Assembly (NCBI GenBank): GCA_016202395.1
Contig: JACQOV010000039.1
Coordinates: forward strand, 1-45,931
Length of the DNA stretch: 45,931 nt
From: Deltaproteobacteria bacterium
GTDB lineage: Bacteria; JACQOV01
Direction: 5' to 3'
Made by a program: the position numbers and the translations under genes. A model generated the notes under the pieces. The model saw only the letters and a program-made list of their open reading frames with translations. It did not search any database and was not told where the DNA came from. This document shows positions 8,613 through 20,277 of the stretch, piece after piece; position 1 is the first letter of the stretch, and each line of letters begins with the position of its first letter.

Positions 8613-10088
8613 ATGAAATTGTCCCTCCTGCTATCGTCGCTTCCAGGTGCGCAAGCCTATGGGTCCGCCGACGTGGAAATTTGCGGCATAGCCTATGATT
8701 CTCGGAAAGTGGAGCCAGGGTTTCTTTTTGTTGCCATTCCAGGCTTCAAGGAGGAGGGGCTCCAGTTTGTGGGAGACGCTTTAAAAAGAGGGGCAACCGT
8801 TGTCGTTTCAGAAAAAAGGCCTTCTCAGGGAGGAATCCCTTGGGTTCAGGTTCCTGAGGCTCGCCGTGCCTTGTCGCATCTTTCTTCAGTTTTCTACGGT
8901 CATCCTTCGCGCGATCTTTGCTTAACCGGTGTCACAGGGACCAATGGGAAAACGACAACCTCTTTTCTTCTAGATTCGATTTTTTCAATGGCGGGGAAAA
9001 AAACCGGACTTCTAGGGACCGTGGAATACCGAGTCGGGGGGAAATCGATACCGGCAACCGCGACAACGCCGGAATCCCTTGATCTTCAACGGATGTTTCA
9101 TCAGATGATCAGGGAGGGGGTGAGTTTTGTTACGATGGAGGTCTCTTCTCATTCGATGGCCCTCCATCGCGTTTCTCACTGCCAGTTTGACGCCGCTATT
9201 TTTACCAATCTCACTCAGGACCATCTCGATTTTCACCGGACCCTGGAGGAGTACTTTTATTGCAAGCAGAAACTTTTTACCGAGGTTCTCGAAAAAAGTT
9301 CTAAAGAGAATCGATGGGCTATTCTGAATGCGGATGATCCTTGGTCGGAAAAGATCACTTTGGGAAAAGGGGTCCGGGTTGTGAGTTATGGAATTGAGAG
9401 TAGAAAAGCTCAGGTTCGAGGCGTGAAAGTGGAGTGTTGTCTCGATGGAGTCCGTTTTGAGATCGATTCTCCTCAGGGGAAACTTTCCATCTCCTCTCGA
9501 CTTCTGGGGCGTCATAATGTGTATAATATTCTAGCGGCTGTGGCGACCGCTCAGGCCTTAGGTTTTGCTTCCGATACGATATCGAAAGGGATTGCCTCTC
9601 TTCAGGCTGTTCCGGGTCGTCTGGAACCTGTCCCGAATGACCAGGGGATCACCGTGGTCGTCGATTATGCCCATACCCCCGATGCATTAGAAAAAGTTCT
9701 TCGGACTCTCCAAGAGACGAAGCCGTCCCGTTTAATCACTATTTTTGGGTGTGGTGGAGATCGTGATCGAGGAAAACGGCCATTAATGGCAAAAGCCGCC
9801 GCGTCTTACAGTGATACCACCATTGTTACCTCTGATAATCCTCGAAGCGAGGATCCCCAAAAGATCATCGACGAGGTCATTGTCGGCTTTGACGGAAACG
9901 ATTATACGGTTGTGGTGGATCGGGGTGAAGCGATCCGAAGGGGGATAGAGATGGCTCATCCCGGAGATGCCGTCCTCATCGCGGGGAAGGGACATGAAAC
10001 CTATCAAATTATTGGAGAGGAGCGTCATCCTTTCGATGATCGAGAAGAGGCTCGAATCGCATTAAACAAAAGGCCATGTTCACATTAG
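8613..10088 (+). CDS. murE: UDP-MurNAc-dipeptide:meso-DAP ligase
   Basis: GTNGKTT, TTPES, MEVSSH, DYAHTPD, GCGGDRD, DNPR (mDAP specificity), AGKGHE. Confidence 0.97.
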   Translation: MKLSLLLSSLPGAQAYGSADVEICGIAYDSRKVEPGFLFVAIPGFKEEGLQFVGDALKRGATVVVSEKRPSQGGIPWVQVPEARRALSHLSSVFYGHPSRDLCLTGVTGTNGKTTTSFLLDSIFSMAGKKTGLLGTVEYRVGGKSIPATATTPESLDLQRMFHQMIREGVSFVTMEVSSHSMALHRVSHCQFDAAIFTNLTQDHLDFHRTLEEYFYCKQKLFTEVLEKSSKENRWAILNADDPWSEKITLGKGVRVVSYGIESRKAQVRGVKVECCLDGVRFEIDSPQGKLSISSRLLGRHNVYNILAAVATAQALGFASDTISKGIASLQAVPGRLEPVPNDQGITVVVDYAHTPDALEKVLRTLQETKPSRLITIFGCGGDRDRGKRPLMAKAAASYSDTTIVTSDNPRSEDPQKIIDEVIVGFDGNDYTVVVDRGEAIRRGIEMAHPGDAVLIAGKGHETYQIIGEERHPFDDREEARIALNKRPCSH

Positions 10089-11482
10089 ACGACATTTTAG
10101 AAGCAACGCGTGGAGAATTGCTCCAGAAGAGCGAAACCTTTTTCACTGGAGTTTCAACCGACACGCGCACTTTAAAGCCAGGAGACCTTCTTGTCGCATT
10201 ACGGGGGGAGCGGTCGGATGGGCATCAGTTTTTGAAAGAGGCGGTCGCCAAGAAAACCTCTGCCTTAATTATTGCTCGTGATTTTGAGGGGGAGATCCTT
10301 CCATCGGTCACTGTCTTTGCGGTTCATGACACCTTGCAAGCTTTGGGGGATCTCGCTCACTTTTGGAGAGAGCGCCATACGGCCCGTGTGATTGCCGTTT
10401 CTGGGAGCAATGGAAAGACCACCACCAAGGAGTTGATCGCCGCTTTGTTGTCGCACCACTCTCCAACGCTCAAAAGCGAGGGGAATTATAATAATCTTAT
10501 CGGGCTTCCCTGGACGTTATTTCGGTTGGCCCCTCATCATCGTTTCGCCGTTTTGGAACTCGGCATTAATCAACCCGGGGAGATGGAACGTCTGGCTCAA
10601 ATTGCTTCTCCCGATATCGCGGTCCTCACCCATATTCACACGGCGCATCTCGAAGGATTAGGGAGTTTGGAAGAGGTGGCTCAGGAAAAAGGGAGGCTTT
10701 TGGAGGGGATTGAAGACGGTATCGCCGTTTTAAATAGGGATGATCCTTTTCTCCGAAAACTGTCAGAGAATTTTGGTGGAAAAATTATCTGGTATGGACT
10801 TCAAGAAGGGGCCGATGTTGTTGGAAAGGGACACAAGATTTGTGGAGTTGGGAAAGGGGAATTCCATCTGATTGCGGAGGGTAAAAAAATAGAGGTCACC
10901 TTGCCTTTGGTTGGAGAACACAACCTCTACAATCTTGCGGCGGCCGCGGCGGCTGGACTCTCTTGCGGAATCGATCTCCAATCGATGCCAGAGGCCTTGA
11001 AAGATTTTCAGCCCCCTCCCATGCGTTCCCGTTTGTTGGAGCTACCGGGTGAAATTTTTCTTGTGGATGATTCGTACAACGGAAATCCTGGATCGATGTC
11101 GGCCGCTCTTCATCTGTTGGGAGAACAACCCGTTCAAGGGAGGAGGATTGCGGTGCTTGGCGATATGCTCGAACTAGGAGAGTTTTCTTTAAAAGCCCAT
11201 GAAGATTTAGGGATGGAACTCGCCAACTCCAAAGTGGATCTCATTTATTATTATGGCAAGCATGTCGACGACGCGGAGAAGGGGCTTCGCCAATCAGGAA
11301 ACTTTTACGGAGAGTTCCATCCAATTCAAAATAAAGAGGAATCGGCCCAGCAGATCTTAACTGTTTTGCGCCCCAAGGATTGGGTTTTAGTGAAAGGATC
11401 GCGTGGCATGAGAATGGAAGAGATGGTTCAGTACCTATTGCGTTCATTGAAAGGAATCCATGCTGTATCATTTTCTATATAA
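10076..11482 (+). CDS. murF: UDP-MurNAc-tripeptide:D-Ala-D-Ala ligase
   Basis: [39 protein letters not shown]. Confidence 0.96.
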   Translation: MFTLDDILEATRGELLQKSETFFTGVSTDTRTLKPGDLLVALRGERSDGHQFLKEAVAKKTSALIIARDFEGEILPSVTVFAVHDTLQALGDLAHFWRERHTARVIAVSGSNGKTTTKELIAALLSHHSPTLKSEGNYNNLIGLPWTLFRLAPHHRFAVLELGINQPGEMERLAQIASPDIAVLTHIHTAHLEGLGSLEEVAQEKGRLLEGIEDGIAVLNRDDPFLRKLSENFGGKIIWYGLQEGADVVGKGHKICGVGKGEFHLIAEGKKIEVTLPLVGEHNLYNLAAAAAAGLSCGIDLQSMPEALKDFQPPPMRSRLLELPGEIFLVDDSYNGNPGSMSAALHLLGEQPVQGRRIAVLGDMLELGEFSLKAHEDLGMELANSKVDLIYYYGKHVDDAEKGLRQSGNFYGEFHPIQNKEESAQQILTVLRPKDWVLVKGSRGMRMEEMVQYLLRSLKGIHAVSFSI

Positions 11483-12536
11483 ACTTACGGAGGTGTGGTT
11501 TGGATTTAACGTTTTCCGTTACATCACTTTTCGCACCGCCATCGCCACACTGACCGCGTTGATCTTAAGTTTTGTTTTAGGGCCATGGTTGATCCGTCGG
11601 TTGACTCAGAATCAGATCGAACAATCGATCCGAACCGACGGGCCCAAGAGTCATCAGGTGAAAAAAGGAACCCCCACGATGGGGGGCACCTTGGTCCTTT
11701 GTTCCATCGTTACGGCGACCCTGCTTTGGGCTGATCTTAAAAGTCTCTACCTTGGATTAGTCTTGTTGGTTACGGTTGCTTTCGGCATGATCGGTTTCAT
11801 TGATGACTATTTAAAAGTCATCAAGAAAAATTCGAGAGGGCTTCCGGGTCGGTATAAATTGGGGGGACAATTCTTGATTGCGCTCGCTGTTGCGATCATT
11901 CTCTATGGGTATTCAGACTTTCCAACAACGCTCGATTTCCCTTTTTTCAAGAAGCTTCAGCTGGACCTCGGTCTCTTTTACATCCCTTTTGCGGCCCTCG
12001 TCATTGTGGGAGCCTCCAACGCGGTGAATTTAACCGATGGTTTAGACGGTCTCGCCATGGGTCCTATTATGATTGCGGGTGGAACTTATCTGATTTTTTC
12101 TTATGTGGCGGGGCATACGCAATTTGCCGATTATCTTCAGATTCGACACGTGGGGGGAGCTGGGGAACTGGCGGTTTTTTGTGGAGCATTAATTGGGGCG
12201 GGATTGGGTTTTCTCTGGTTTAATGCTTATCCGGCCCAGATGTTTATGGGGGACGTGGGAAGCCTCCCTTTGGGGGGGGCCTTAGGGACGATTGCGGTGG
12301 TCACCAAACAGGAACTTTTATTGGTGTTGGTAGGAGGGGTTTTCGTAGTGGAAGCATTGTCGGTGATTGTTCAGGTGGTTTCTTATCAGTGGAGAGGGAA
12401 AAGGGTTTTTCAAATGGCGCCGATCCATCACCATTTTGAGCTCAAGGGTTGGGCGGAACCTAAAATTGTAGTGCGCGTTTGGATCGTTTCGATTATTTTA
12501 AGTTTGCTGGCGTTGAGCGCTTTAAAACTGAGGTAA
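11460..12536 (+). CDS. mraY: phospho-MurNAc-pentapeptide transferase
   Basis: [40 protein letters not shown]. Confidence 0.98.
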   Translation: MLYHFLYKLTEVWFGFNVFRYITFRTAIATLTALILSFVLGPWLIRRLTQNQIEQSIRTDGPKSHQVKKGTPTMGGTLVLCSIVTATLLWADLKSLYLGLVLLVTVAFGMIGFIDDYLKVIKKNSRGLPGRYKLGGQFLIALAVAIILYGYSDFPTTLDFPFFKKLQLDLGLFYIPFAALVIVGASNAVNLTDGLDGLAMGPIMIAGGTYLIFSYVAGHTQFADYLQIRHVGGAGELAVFCGALIGAGLGFLWFNAYPAQMFMGDVGSLPLGGALGTIAVVTKQELLLVLVGGVFVVEALSVIVQVVSYQWRGKRVFQMAPIHHHFELKGWAEPKIVVRVWIVSIILSLLALSALKLR

Positions 12537-12540
12537 ATCT

Positions 12541-13950
12541 GTGGATCTCAAAGGAAAAAAAGTGTTAGTCGTGGGGTTAGCCAAAACGGGGACAGCGGTC
12601 ATCCCGTTTCTTGTGGGGAGAGGGGCTCGTGTCATGGGGGTTGATGAAAAATCTCGAGAATCGCTCGAGAGCGATCTTAAATCTCTGGAGGGGATCTCTT
12701 GTGATCTGGAAGTTGGGCACCCTTTTCCATCCAAAATATTTGAGCAGGTCGATCTGATTGTGGTGAGCCCAGGTGTTCCCTTAGAGCGAGAACCTTTCGA
12801 TCGCGCTCGGGCCAAAGGGATTTCTATCGTTGGAGAGTTGGAGCTGGCCTCCCGTTTTTTGAAAAAGCCGATTCTGGCGATTACCGGGACTAATGGAAAA
12901 ACCACCACCACCACGTTGATCGGAGAGATGCTCCGAAAATCCAATATCCGCTGTTTTGTGGGGGGAAATATCGGAAATCCCTTAATCCATGCCATTGGTT
13001 CCGAGAGTGAGTTTGATTGGATTGTGGTGGAGGTGAGCTCATTCCAGTTGGAGTCGATCCAAACCTTTCGTCCGAAGATCGCGGTTTTACTCAATCTTGC
13101 CGAGGATCATTTAGATCGGTATCCCAGTGTTAAAGAGTATTTTGGAGCCAAGTTGCGTCTTTTTTCCAATCAGCAAGCCTCCGATGATGCCGTCTTGAAT
13201 GGCGATGAGCCGATCGTCCTCCAAGAGACGTCGCAGATTCCGTCGAGAAAATTCCTTTTCGGTTCTCAAGTCCCTTCTCATCTAGCTCTCTTGGAGGCTT
13301 TTTTCAGAGGGGAAAATATCGTTTTTCGGGGGCTTCAAGGAGAGGAGACGTACCCCTTAAAAGATTTTCGTTTAGTGGGAGAACATAATCGGAGCAACCT
13401 TATGGCTGCCATCGTGGCTTCTCGTTTAGCGGGGGCCACTCTCCCAGGGATTATTCAAGCGTATCAATCGTTTCAAGGATTGGAGCATCGGTTAGAGTAT
13501 GTGACGACCCTTTCTGGGATCGATTTTTATAACGATTCGAAGGCGACCACGGTCGATTCGGTCTTGCAGGCCCTTCGAAGTTTTGAAAGGCCGGTTCTTT
13601 GGATCGCGGGGGGAAAAGATAAAGGGTTGGACTATTCTTTGCTTCGAGAGATTGTGCGGAAGAGGGTCCGGAAAGCCATTTTAATGGGGGAGGCCGCTCC
13701 TCGAATTCGTGAAGAAATGGGCCCGATTGTTTCCACCGTGCTATGCTCTTCCTTAGAAGAGGCTGTAGTCAAAGCGTATGAGGAAGCTCACTCGGGGGAT
13801 GTCGTTCTACTTTCACCCGCTTGCTCGAGCTACGATATGTTCAAGAACTATGAAGAGCGAGGGGATATTTTTAAAAACATCGTTCGAAGACTAGGTCATC
13901 CTGACCCCCGCCATGAGCGGGGGGAAGGATCTCGACGTGTGAGGAAATGA
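12541..13950 (+). CDS. murD: UDP-MurNAc-L-Ala:D-Glu ligase
   Basis: VSPGVP, GTNGKTTT, GGNIG, EVSSFQL, DHLDRY, HRLE, NDSKAT, SPACSSYDMF. Confidence 0.97.
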   Translation: MDLKGKKVLVVGLAKTGTAVIPFLVGRGARVMGVDEKSRESLESDLKSLEGISCDLEVGHPFPSKIFEQVDLIVVSPGVPLEREPFDRARAKGISIVGELELASRFLKKPILAITGTNGKTTTTTLIGEMLRKSNIRCFVGGNIGNPLIHAIGSESEFDWIVVEVSSFQLESIQTFRPKIAVLLNLAEDHLDRYPSVKEYFGAKLRLFSNQQASDDAVLNGDEPIVLQETSQIPSRKFLFGSQVPSHLALLEAFFRGENIVFRGLQGEETYPLKDFRLVGEHNRSNLMAAIVASRLAGATLPGIIQAYQSFQGLEHRLEYVTTLSGIDFYNDSKATTVDSVLQALRSFERPVLWIAGGKDKGLDYSLLREIVRKRVRKAILMGEAAPRIREEMGPIVSTVLCSSLEEAVVKAYEEAHSGDVVLLSPACSSYDMFKNYEERGDIFKNIVRRLGHPDPRHERGEGSRRVRK

Positions 13951-13983
13951 CGACGGGATCCTTCGGCTGCGCCTCAGGATGAC
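13895..13983. repeat. REP-like multi-stem palindrome overlapping the murD stop
   Basis: GTCATCCTGA...TCAGGATGAC outer arms; inner GAAGGATCTCG/CGGGATCCTTC; side hairpin CCCCCGC-CATGA-GCGGGGG. Confidence 0.85.
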
Positions 13984-13994
13984 AAGGTGTGACC

Positions 13995-15089
13995 ATGGGA
14001 CAGCAAAATTTTCAGAAAGACCGGTTGCTTTTAATCTCCGTGCTAGGGTTGGTTTTGATGGGGGTTCTCATGGTTTACAGCACGACCTCTGTCATGGCGT
14101 TGCGGGAACATCACGATCAGACGTACTTTTTAAAAAGGCATGCGATCTTCGCCTTTCTGGGAATCCTTGTTTTAGGGGTGACTTCTCGAATCGACTATAA
14201 GATCTGGCAAAAATTTTCCTATCCATTATTGGGGCTTTCTCTGTTGCTGATGTTGCTTGTTTTTATCCCAGGCTTGGGGCGGAGCAGCGGAGGGGCGCAG
14301 CGGTGGCTTCAAATCGCTGGCTTTTCTTTTCAACCCGCGGAGCTTGCCAAAATTACACTGGTGATTTATCTGGCAGATTCCCTCTCACGGAAAGGGGAGA
14401 AGGTTAAACAATTTTTGTATGGTGTGGTTCCTCATTTGGTCGTTACCGGGGCTTTGGTTGGGGTCCTCCTTTTGCAGCCCGATTTCGGGACCGCCGTTGT
14501 TCTCCTCATGGTGATGGGGATCCTGCTCTTTGCCGCAGGGGTGCGACTTAAGCATCTCCTCCTATTAGTCCTTCCCGTTATTCCTGCGTTTTATTTTTTA
14601 CTTTGGTCGGTTCCTTACCGTCGCGCTCGTTGGACGACTTTTTTGGATCCTTGGAGTGATCCGCAAGGATCCGGTTTCCAGATCATTCAATCGTATCTTG
14701 CGTTTGGACAAGGAGGGCTTTTTGGACAAGGGTTAGGCAATGGCCATCAAAAACTCTTCTATCTTCCCGAGGCGCATACCGATTTCATCTTCTCAGTGAT
14801 TGCGGAAGAACTCGGATTTGTGGGGGTGGTGTTAATGTTGGGGTTGTTGTTCTGTTTCTTGTGGAGAGGTTTTTTGGTCGCCTCAACGCGGGGTTCGGTT
14901 TTTGGCCGTCTGTTGGGTTTTGGCCTCGTTTGTTCGATCGGGATTCAGGCGGTCTTAAATATCGCTGTTGTGGTGGGGGTGCTTCCCACGAAAGGTTTGC
15001 CATTGCCTTTTGTGAGCTATGGGGGGAGCGCGTTGCTCGCAAACCTTTTTGCTGTTGGAATTTTACGAAGTATCTCCTCGAGGGATTAA
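13995..15089 (+). CDS. ftsW: SEDS peptidoglycan polymerase FtsW (start 13989 or 13995)
   Basis: GAQRW, FQPAELAK, QPDFGT, GFQIIQS, LPEAHTDFIF, KGLPLPFVSYGGS. Confidence 0.96.
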   Translation: MGQQNFQKDRLLLISVLGLVLMGVLMVYSTTSVMALREHHDQTYFLKRHAIFAFLGILVLGVTSRIDYKIWQKFSYPLLGLSLLLMLLVFIPGLGRSSGGAQRWLQIAGFSFQPAELAKITLVIYLADSLSRKGEKVKQFLYGVVPHLVVTGALVGVLLLQPDFGTAVVLLMVMGILLFAAGVRLKHLLLLVLPVIPAFYFLLWSVPYRRARWTTFLDPWSDPQGSGFQIIQSYLAFGQGGLFGQGLGNGHQKLFYLPEAHTDFIFSVIAEELGFVGVVLMLGLLFCFLWRGFLVASTRGSVFGRLLGFGLVCSIGIQAVLNIAVVVGVLPTKGLPLPFVSYGGSALLANLFAVGILRSISSRD

Positions 15090-15091
15090 AT

Positions 15092-16204
15092 ATGAGATGG
15101 ATGATTGCCGGTGGCGGCACCGGCGGACATGTCTATCCCGGTATTGTCGTTGCGCAAGCTTTAAAAAAACTAGCTCCAGAGGTGGAGCCGATTTTTGTGG
15201 GGACCGCTCAAGGTTTGGAGAGTCGTATTATTCCCGAGCAAGGATTCCGTTTGCTCACACTGGAAGCCGGAAAATGGGTGGGGAGGAGATGGTCCGATCG
15301 CGTCAAGACTTTGGTGCAGCTGCCGAAGGCTTATCAACAAGTGAAAAAATGGATTCGAGAACTGGACATTCAATTTGTTTTAGGGGTTGGGGGCTACGCC
15401 TCGGTGAGTCCCCTCCTTGCTGCTTACCGCCTCAGGATCCCCTCGGGTCTTCTAGAGGTGAACTCTCGTCCGGGGGCTGCCAATAAGTTTCTGGCCCGTT
15501 TCGTCGATCGAGTTTTCTTGGGGTTGGAAGGAGGAAGGCCTTACTTCCCCGATGCCAAAGTTCGAATGAGCGGGATCCCCGTTCGGCAAGAATTTTTTCA
15601 GATTCCTTCGTGCACGACCGATTCCAAGCCTTTTTCGATCTTAGTTTTTGGCGGGAGTCAGGGGGCGCGAGCGCTGAACCGCGTTGTGATCGACTCTCTC
15701 AGTGAGTTGAAGGATCTGAAAGAGGATCTCTTCTGGATTCATCAGACCGGGCTGCGCGATCTTCACTGGGTTCAAGAGGCGTACGCTCGGCATGGTTTTC
15801 AATCGGAGGTGGCGGCTTTTTTCGATCCGATTGTGAAATATTATGAACGGGCCCACTTGGTGATCTCTCGCTCTGGGGCCTCTACCCTCGGGGAGCTATT
15901 GGCTTCAGGGCGTCCCAGTCTTCTGATCCCTTACCCCCATTCGGCGGGGGGGCATCAACGATTTAATGCTTTAGCCCTTCAAAGGTATGGAGCGTCGGAG
16001 GTGATCTCCTCGGACCAGTTGACCGGACGCCTATTAGCCCATAAGATATCCCGTTACTTTCAGAGTCGGTCGAAGCTTCAATATATGGCGGCTCAGGCTC
16101 GGGAGCTGGCCCGACCCCAGGCGGCAGAGAGGATCGTGGAGGAGGGATTCAAGTTGATTGCCGAGAGGAAACGGAAAGGCGCCCCAAAGAAAGAGGTCGC
16201 TTAG
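15092..16204 (+). CDS. murG: undecaprenyl-PP-MurNAc-pentapeptide GlcNAc transferase
   Basis: [35 protein letters not shown] 15092 follows the ftsW stop. Confidence 0.96.
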   Translation: MRWMIAGGGTGGHVYPGIVVAQALKKLAPEVEPIFVGTAQGLESRIIPEQGFRLLTLEAGKWVGRRWSDRVKTLVQLPKAYQQVKKWIRELDIQFVLGVGGYASVSPLLAAYRLRIPSGLLEVNSRPGAANKFLARFVDRVFLGLEGGRPYFPDAKVRMSGIPVRQEFFQIPSCTTDSKPFSILVFGGSQGARALNRVVIDSLSELKDLKEDLFWIHQTGLRDLHWVQEAYARHGFQSEVAAFFDPIVKYYERAHLVISRSGASTLGELLASGRPSLLIPYPHSAGGHQRFNALALQRYGASEVISSDQLTGRLLAHKISRYFQSRSKLQYMAAQARELARPQAAERIVEEGFKLIAERKRKGAPKKEVA

Positions 16205-16206
16205 GA

Positions 16207-17595
16207 ATGTACAAAAGAATTCAGAAAATCCATTTTGTTGGAGTGGGTGGATCTGGAATGAGCGGAATCGCGGAGGTGCTTCTCAATCTGGGTTATCGCG
16301 TCAGCGGCTCCGACCTTAAAAGAACCTCGGTAACGGAACGGTTGGAAAAACTAGGAGCCCATGTCGTTTACGGCCATCGGTCTGAGAACGTTTTAGGGAC
16401 CGATGTTGTTGTCATCTCTTCGGCCGTTCGCCCCGACAATCCGGAGGTTGTGACAGCGAAACAAAAGTGGATACCGGTTATTCGTCGGGCGGAAATGCTT
16501 GCGGAGCTGATGCGCCTCAAATACGGCGTGGCGGTGGCCGGCTCTCACGGGAAGACGACAACGACCAGTATGATTGCCGCCGTTCTGGCTACGGGGAATT
16601 TAGATCCTACGGTGGTTCTCGGGGGCCGTTTTGGTCGTTTTGGAAGCGGAGCCAAGCTGGGGCAAGGGGATTTTTTGGTGGCGGAGGCGGACGAGAGCGA
16701 TGGATCCTTCTTAAATCTTTCGCCAACGATTGCGGTTGTTACGAATATTGATCGAGAACATCTCGATCACTATCATTCCTACGAGAATCTCGAAAGGGCC
16801 TTTGTCGATTTTATCCAGAAGATCCCTTTTTATGGATTAGCGGTTCTCTGCCATGATGCGGAAGGGGTTCAGGCCATTCTTCCTCGAGTCAACAAACGGG
16901 CTGTGACCTATGGGAGAAGCTCTCAGGCCGATTATCAAGCCAGAGAGATCCATCTCTCACAGATGGAAACCGATTTTATTGCGTTCCATCGAGACCATCG
17001 CCTGGGTCCTATTCGGCTTCGTGTTCCGGGGACCCATAATGCCCAAAATGCTTTGGCTGCCGTCGCTGTGGGGTTAGAGCTGGATCTCCCTTTTTCAACG
17101 ATTCAAAAAGGTTTGGAGGAATTTGAAGGGGTTGACCGGCGTTTCCAGATTAAAGGGGAGAAAAAAGGGATTCTGGTTGTCGATGATTATGGCCATCATC
17201 CTGCTGAGATTCGAGCCACCCTCTTGGCGGCCAAGCAAGGGTGGGGGCGACGGCTCGTTGTGGTGTTTCAGCCGCATCGCTACACGCGAACCCGTGATCT
17301 CTTTGAGGAGTTTCTTGCGGCATTTGATGAAGCGGATCTCTTGATTCTCGCTGGAATTTATTCGGCAGGAGAGGATCGCATTGCCGGCATTACCGCTGAG
17401 AGGTTGGCAGATGCCATTCGGAGTCACGGTCACAAATCGGTTTTCTATATGGAGAGAGCGGATGAGATCGTTGAGAAGTTGGAGGAAGTGGCGCAACCGG
17501 GGGATATTATTTTGACACTTGGAGCGGGGGATATATGGCAGGTTGGAGAAGCCTTCTTAAGACCGCAACAGAATCGGATGTTCGGAAGAGCGTGA
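16207..17595 (+). CDS. murC: UDP-MurNAc:L-Ala ligase
   Basis: [37 protein letters not shown]. Confidence 0.98.
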   Translation: MYKRIQKIHFVGVGGSGMSGIAEVLLNLGYRVSGSDLKRTSVTERLEKLGAHVVYGHRSENVLGTDVVVISSAVRPDNPEVVTAKQKWIPVIRRAEMLAELMRLKYGVAVAGSHGKTTTTSMIAAVLATGNLDPTVVLGGRFGRFGSGAKLGQGDFLVAEADESDGSFLNLSPTIAVVTNIDREHLDHYHSYENLERAFVDFIQKIPFYGLAVLCHDAEGVQAILPRVNKRAVTYGRSSQADYQAREIHLSQMETDFIAFHRDHRLGPIRLRVPGTHNAQNALAAVAVGLELDLPFSTIQKGLEEFEGVDRRFQIKGEKKGILVVDDYGHHPAEIRATLLAAKQGWGRRLVVVFQPHRYTRTRDLFEEFLAAFDEADLLILAGIYSAGEDRIAGITAERLADAIRSHGHKSVFYMERADEIVEKLEEVAQPGDIILTLGAGDIWQVGEAFLRPQQNRMFGRA

Positions 17596-18515
17596 AAGAG
17601 CCTGAGGTTCGTGAAGCACTTCAGAAGATCTTTTCGGATCGGGTGGAGTTTGACGTCCCCATGTCTCGGTACACCTCTTTGCGCGTTGGGGGACCGGCCG
17701 ATGCCTTGGTGTTCCCTAAGGATCGGGAAGAGATCGTAGGACTTCTCCAATTTCTTTCAGATCATCGGATTCCTTATGGCGTTGTTGGAAAAGGGTCTAA
17801 CCTTATCGTTCGTGACGGTGGGATTCGAGGGGTGGTCCTTGATTTGAGCGAGGGATTTTCGGGGATGGAACGGGATTCGAGCGATCCTTCCCTTGTTATA
17901 GCGAATGCGGGGGAGAGCCTGCCGCGTTTGGTCCATTGGGCCAGCGATCAGGGTTTGTCGGGGATCGAAAGTTTAATTGGGATCCCTGGGATGGTTGGAG
18001 GGGCCTTGATGATGAATGCAGGGATTCGTGACGGGGAGATCGGGGATGTGGTTCAATCGGTGGAATGGATGGAGTCGAATGGAGAGATTCGTGATGTGTC
18101 TAAAGAGTCGCTTCGATTCGAGTATCGGCATTTTGAGATTCCTAAAGGGGCGATCCTTCTCAGCGCCAAACTGCGACTGAAGAAAGGGGATCCTATTGAG
18201 ATTCAAGAGCGGATGAAAAAGTGCCTTGAAAAACGGCATGAACCGAAGGGGTTCCCCAGCGCGGGATGTATTTTTAAGAATCCGCCCAACGATTTTGCAG
18301 GGCGTTTGATTGATCAAGCGGGTCTCAAAGGGGTTCGGATCCGAGGGGCCCAGGTCTCCGACGTTCACGCAAACTACATCGTGAATGTAGGTTCCGCGAC
18401 CGCCCGCGATATTTTATCGCTCATCGATCTCATTCGAGAGCGGATTCGAGAAGAGCATGGCATTTCATTAGAGCTTGAGGTTAAGGTGATGGGAGAAGCA
18501 AGTGGAAAAGACTAG
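17592..18515 (+). CDS. murB: UDP-N-acetylenolpyruvoylglucosamine reductase
   Basis: [47 protein letters not shown] 17592 overlaps the murC stop. Confidence 0.96.
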   Translation: MKEPEVREALQKIFSDRVEFDVPMSRYTSLRVGGPADALVFPKDREEIVGLLQFLSDHRIPYGVVGKGSNLIVRDGGIRGVVLDLSEGFSGMERDSSDPSLVIANAGESLPRLVHWASDQGLSGIESLIGIPGMVGGALMMNAGIRDGEIGDVVQSVEWMESNGEIRDVSKESLRFEYRHFEIPKGAILLSAKLRLKKGDPIEIQERMKKCLEKRHEPKGFPSAGCIFKNPPNDFAGRLIDQAGLKGVRIRGAQVSDVHANYIVNVGSATARDILSLIDLIRERIREEHGISLELEVKVMGEASGKD

Positions 18516-19422
18516 AGAGCAATTTCGAAATAAACGAGTTGGGGTGCTCATGGGAGGGCTTTCTTCGGAGCGGGAGATCTCGCTCCGATCGGGTCAGGCA
18601 GTGATTGCCGCTTTGGAAAAGCGGGGCTATCGGCCGATCTCAATCGATGCGGGTCGAGATCTTCCCACATCGTTGCGTCAGGGGAAAGTGGAGATCGCTT
18701 TCATCGCTTTGCACGGCAAGTATGGGGAGGATGGATCTGTTCAGGGACTTCTGGAGTGGCTCCAAATCCCTTACACCGGGTCCGGCGTTCTGGCCAGCGC
18801 TTTAGGAATGAATAAGATTGCCTCACGTCGTATTTTTGAGCAGGCTGGACTCCGAGTTCCAACAAGCGCGCTCCTTTTTAAAAAAGGGGAAGCCCCTCCT
18901 TTTCCATTTCCCGTTGTCGTGAAACCGATTGCCGAGGGATCCAGTGTTGGAGTCGGTTTAGTCCAAGAAGATTCGCAGTGGAATCCGGCTCTTTTCGAGG
19001 CTTTGAAATATGGATCTCCTGTTCTGGTTGAAAAATTTATCGAATCTCGGGAGGTTCATGTCGGGATTTTGGAGGATCAGGCTTTGGGGGGGATCGAGGT
19101 GGTCCCTCAGAGGGGGCTCTTTTACGATTACGAGTCCAAATATGCCGAAGGGGGTTCTGTTCATCGGTTTCCAGCCCCTCTTCCAGTGGATCGTTATCAA
19201 GAGGTCCTTCAAGTGGGGTTGCAGGCTCATCGGGCGCTGGGTTGCCAAGGGTACAGTCGTGTCGACTGTTTGATCGATCGATCGGATCAGGTCTTTGTTT
19301 TGGAAGTGAACACGCTCCCCGGTTTGACGTCGGTTAGCTTGCTCCCCGAGATCGCTCAAGGGGTTGGGATCTCTTTCGAAGAGTTAGTGGAAAGAATATT
19401 GCTCCAAGCGACTCTAGATTGA
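18502..19422 (+). CDS. ddl: D-alanine--D-alanine ligase
   Basis: GGLSSEREISL, LHGKYGEDG, GSSVG, YDYESKY, EVNTLPG. Confidence 0.97.
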   Translation: MEKTREQFRNKRVGVLMGGLSSEREISLRSGQAVIAALEKRGYRPISIDAGRDLPTSLRQGKVEIAFIALHGKYGEDGSVQGLLEWLQIPYTGSGVLASALGMNKIASRRIFEQAGLRVPTSALLFKKGEAPPFPFPVVVKPIAEGSSVGVGLVQEDSQWNPALFEALKYGSPVLVEKFIESREVHVGILEDQALGGIEVVPQRGLFYDYESKYAEGGSVHRFPAPLPVDRYQEVLQVGLQAHRALGCQGYSRVDCLIDRSDQVFVLEVNTLPGLTSVSLLPEIAQGVGISFEELVERILLQATLD

Positions 19423-19429
19423 GGGAGTT

Positions 19430-20275
19430 ATGGCCTCTTCGCCGAGAGAGAAAAAAAAGAGTGCGGCGCTGTTCCGTTCCCAAGCCAACCGAAGGAATAC
19501 CGACCCTTCTTGGTTTAAGGGTTTTTTGCGAGTCGCGTTTAAGTTTCTTTTTTGTTTTTTTATTGTTGTGGGGGCTTATGGTCTCTATGATTGGGGATCC
19601 CGATGGTTTCTCTCACTCGAATATTTTAAGCTGAAGAGTGTGACGATCGAGCCGAGCGCGCATGTTTCTCAGGAGGCGGTAGAAAAAGACCTTCAGCCCT
19701 ATTTAGGAAAAAGTATTTTTACGATTTCTTTAAAGGAACTTTGTAAACGTTGGGAGTCTAATCCGTGGGTCGAGGAGGTGATGGTTCGTCGGCATCTCCC
19801 TTCGCGTCTCTCTGTTCGATTTCTCGAATACCGGCCTGTCGCTCTTCTTCGCGACAAGGAGATTTATCACTACATTGATGGCCATGGGAGTGTTTTCAAA
19901 AAGGTGGGGAAGGGGGAGTTGATGGATTTTCCAATTTTCACTGGCGTCACTCAAAAAGCGATTCTCCATCAAGACGAAGAATCTCTTCTGCTCCTCCATC
20001 GAGGGTTGGAACTTCTGATCCTTTCTCAGGAGCGCTCTTTCCCAAGCATCAAAGAGATTTCAGAAATCCAACTGGAAAAAGGATTTGGTTTAACGCTTTA
20101 TCCCATGAAAACGCGTGTGGCTATCCGTTTTGGTTGGGGCCAATATGAAGAAAAGTGGCGTAGACTCGAGAGGATATGGCGCTATTTAGAAAAAGGGGGG
20201 CGCAAGGTGAAGTATATTGATCTGGATTATGGTAAAATAGCGGCTGTCGGTTTTTTTAGAGATGCTAGGAGGTAG
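19430..20275 (+). CDS. ftsQ: cell division protein FtsQ/DivIB
   Basis: N-terminal TM, POTRA-like NPWVEEVMVRRHLP, C-terminal YIDLDY; position between ddl and ftsA. Confidence 0.88.
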   Translation: MASSPREKKKSAALFRSQANRRNTDPSWFKGFLRVAFKFLFCFFIVVGAYGLYDWGSRWFLSLEYFKLKSVTIEPSAHVSQEAVEKDLQPYLGKSIFTISLKELCKRWESNPWVEEVMVRRHLPSRLSVRFLEYRPVALLRDKEIYHYIDGHGSVFKKVGKGELMDFPIFTGVTQKAILHQDEESLLLLHRGLELLILSQERSFPSIKEISEIQLEKGFGLTLYPMKTRVAIRFGWGQYEEKWRRLERIWRYLEKGGRKVKYIDLDYGKIAAVGFFRDARR

Positions 20276-20277
20276 AG

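Noticed and set aside
14861-15091. Long N-terminal extensions in the ORF track for murG (also dxr, murB, uppS, rpsB, leuA, ftsL)
   Set aside because: Homology begins at downstream starts that have SD sequences or stop-start overlaps; the extensions overlap upstream genes or leaders.
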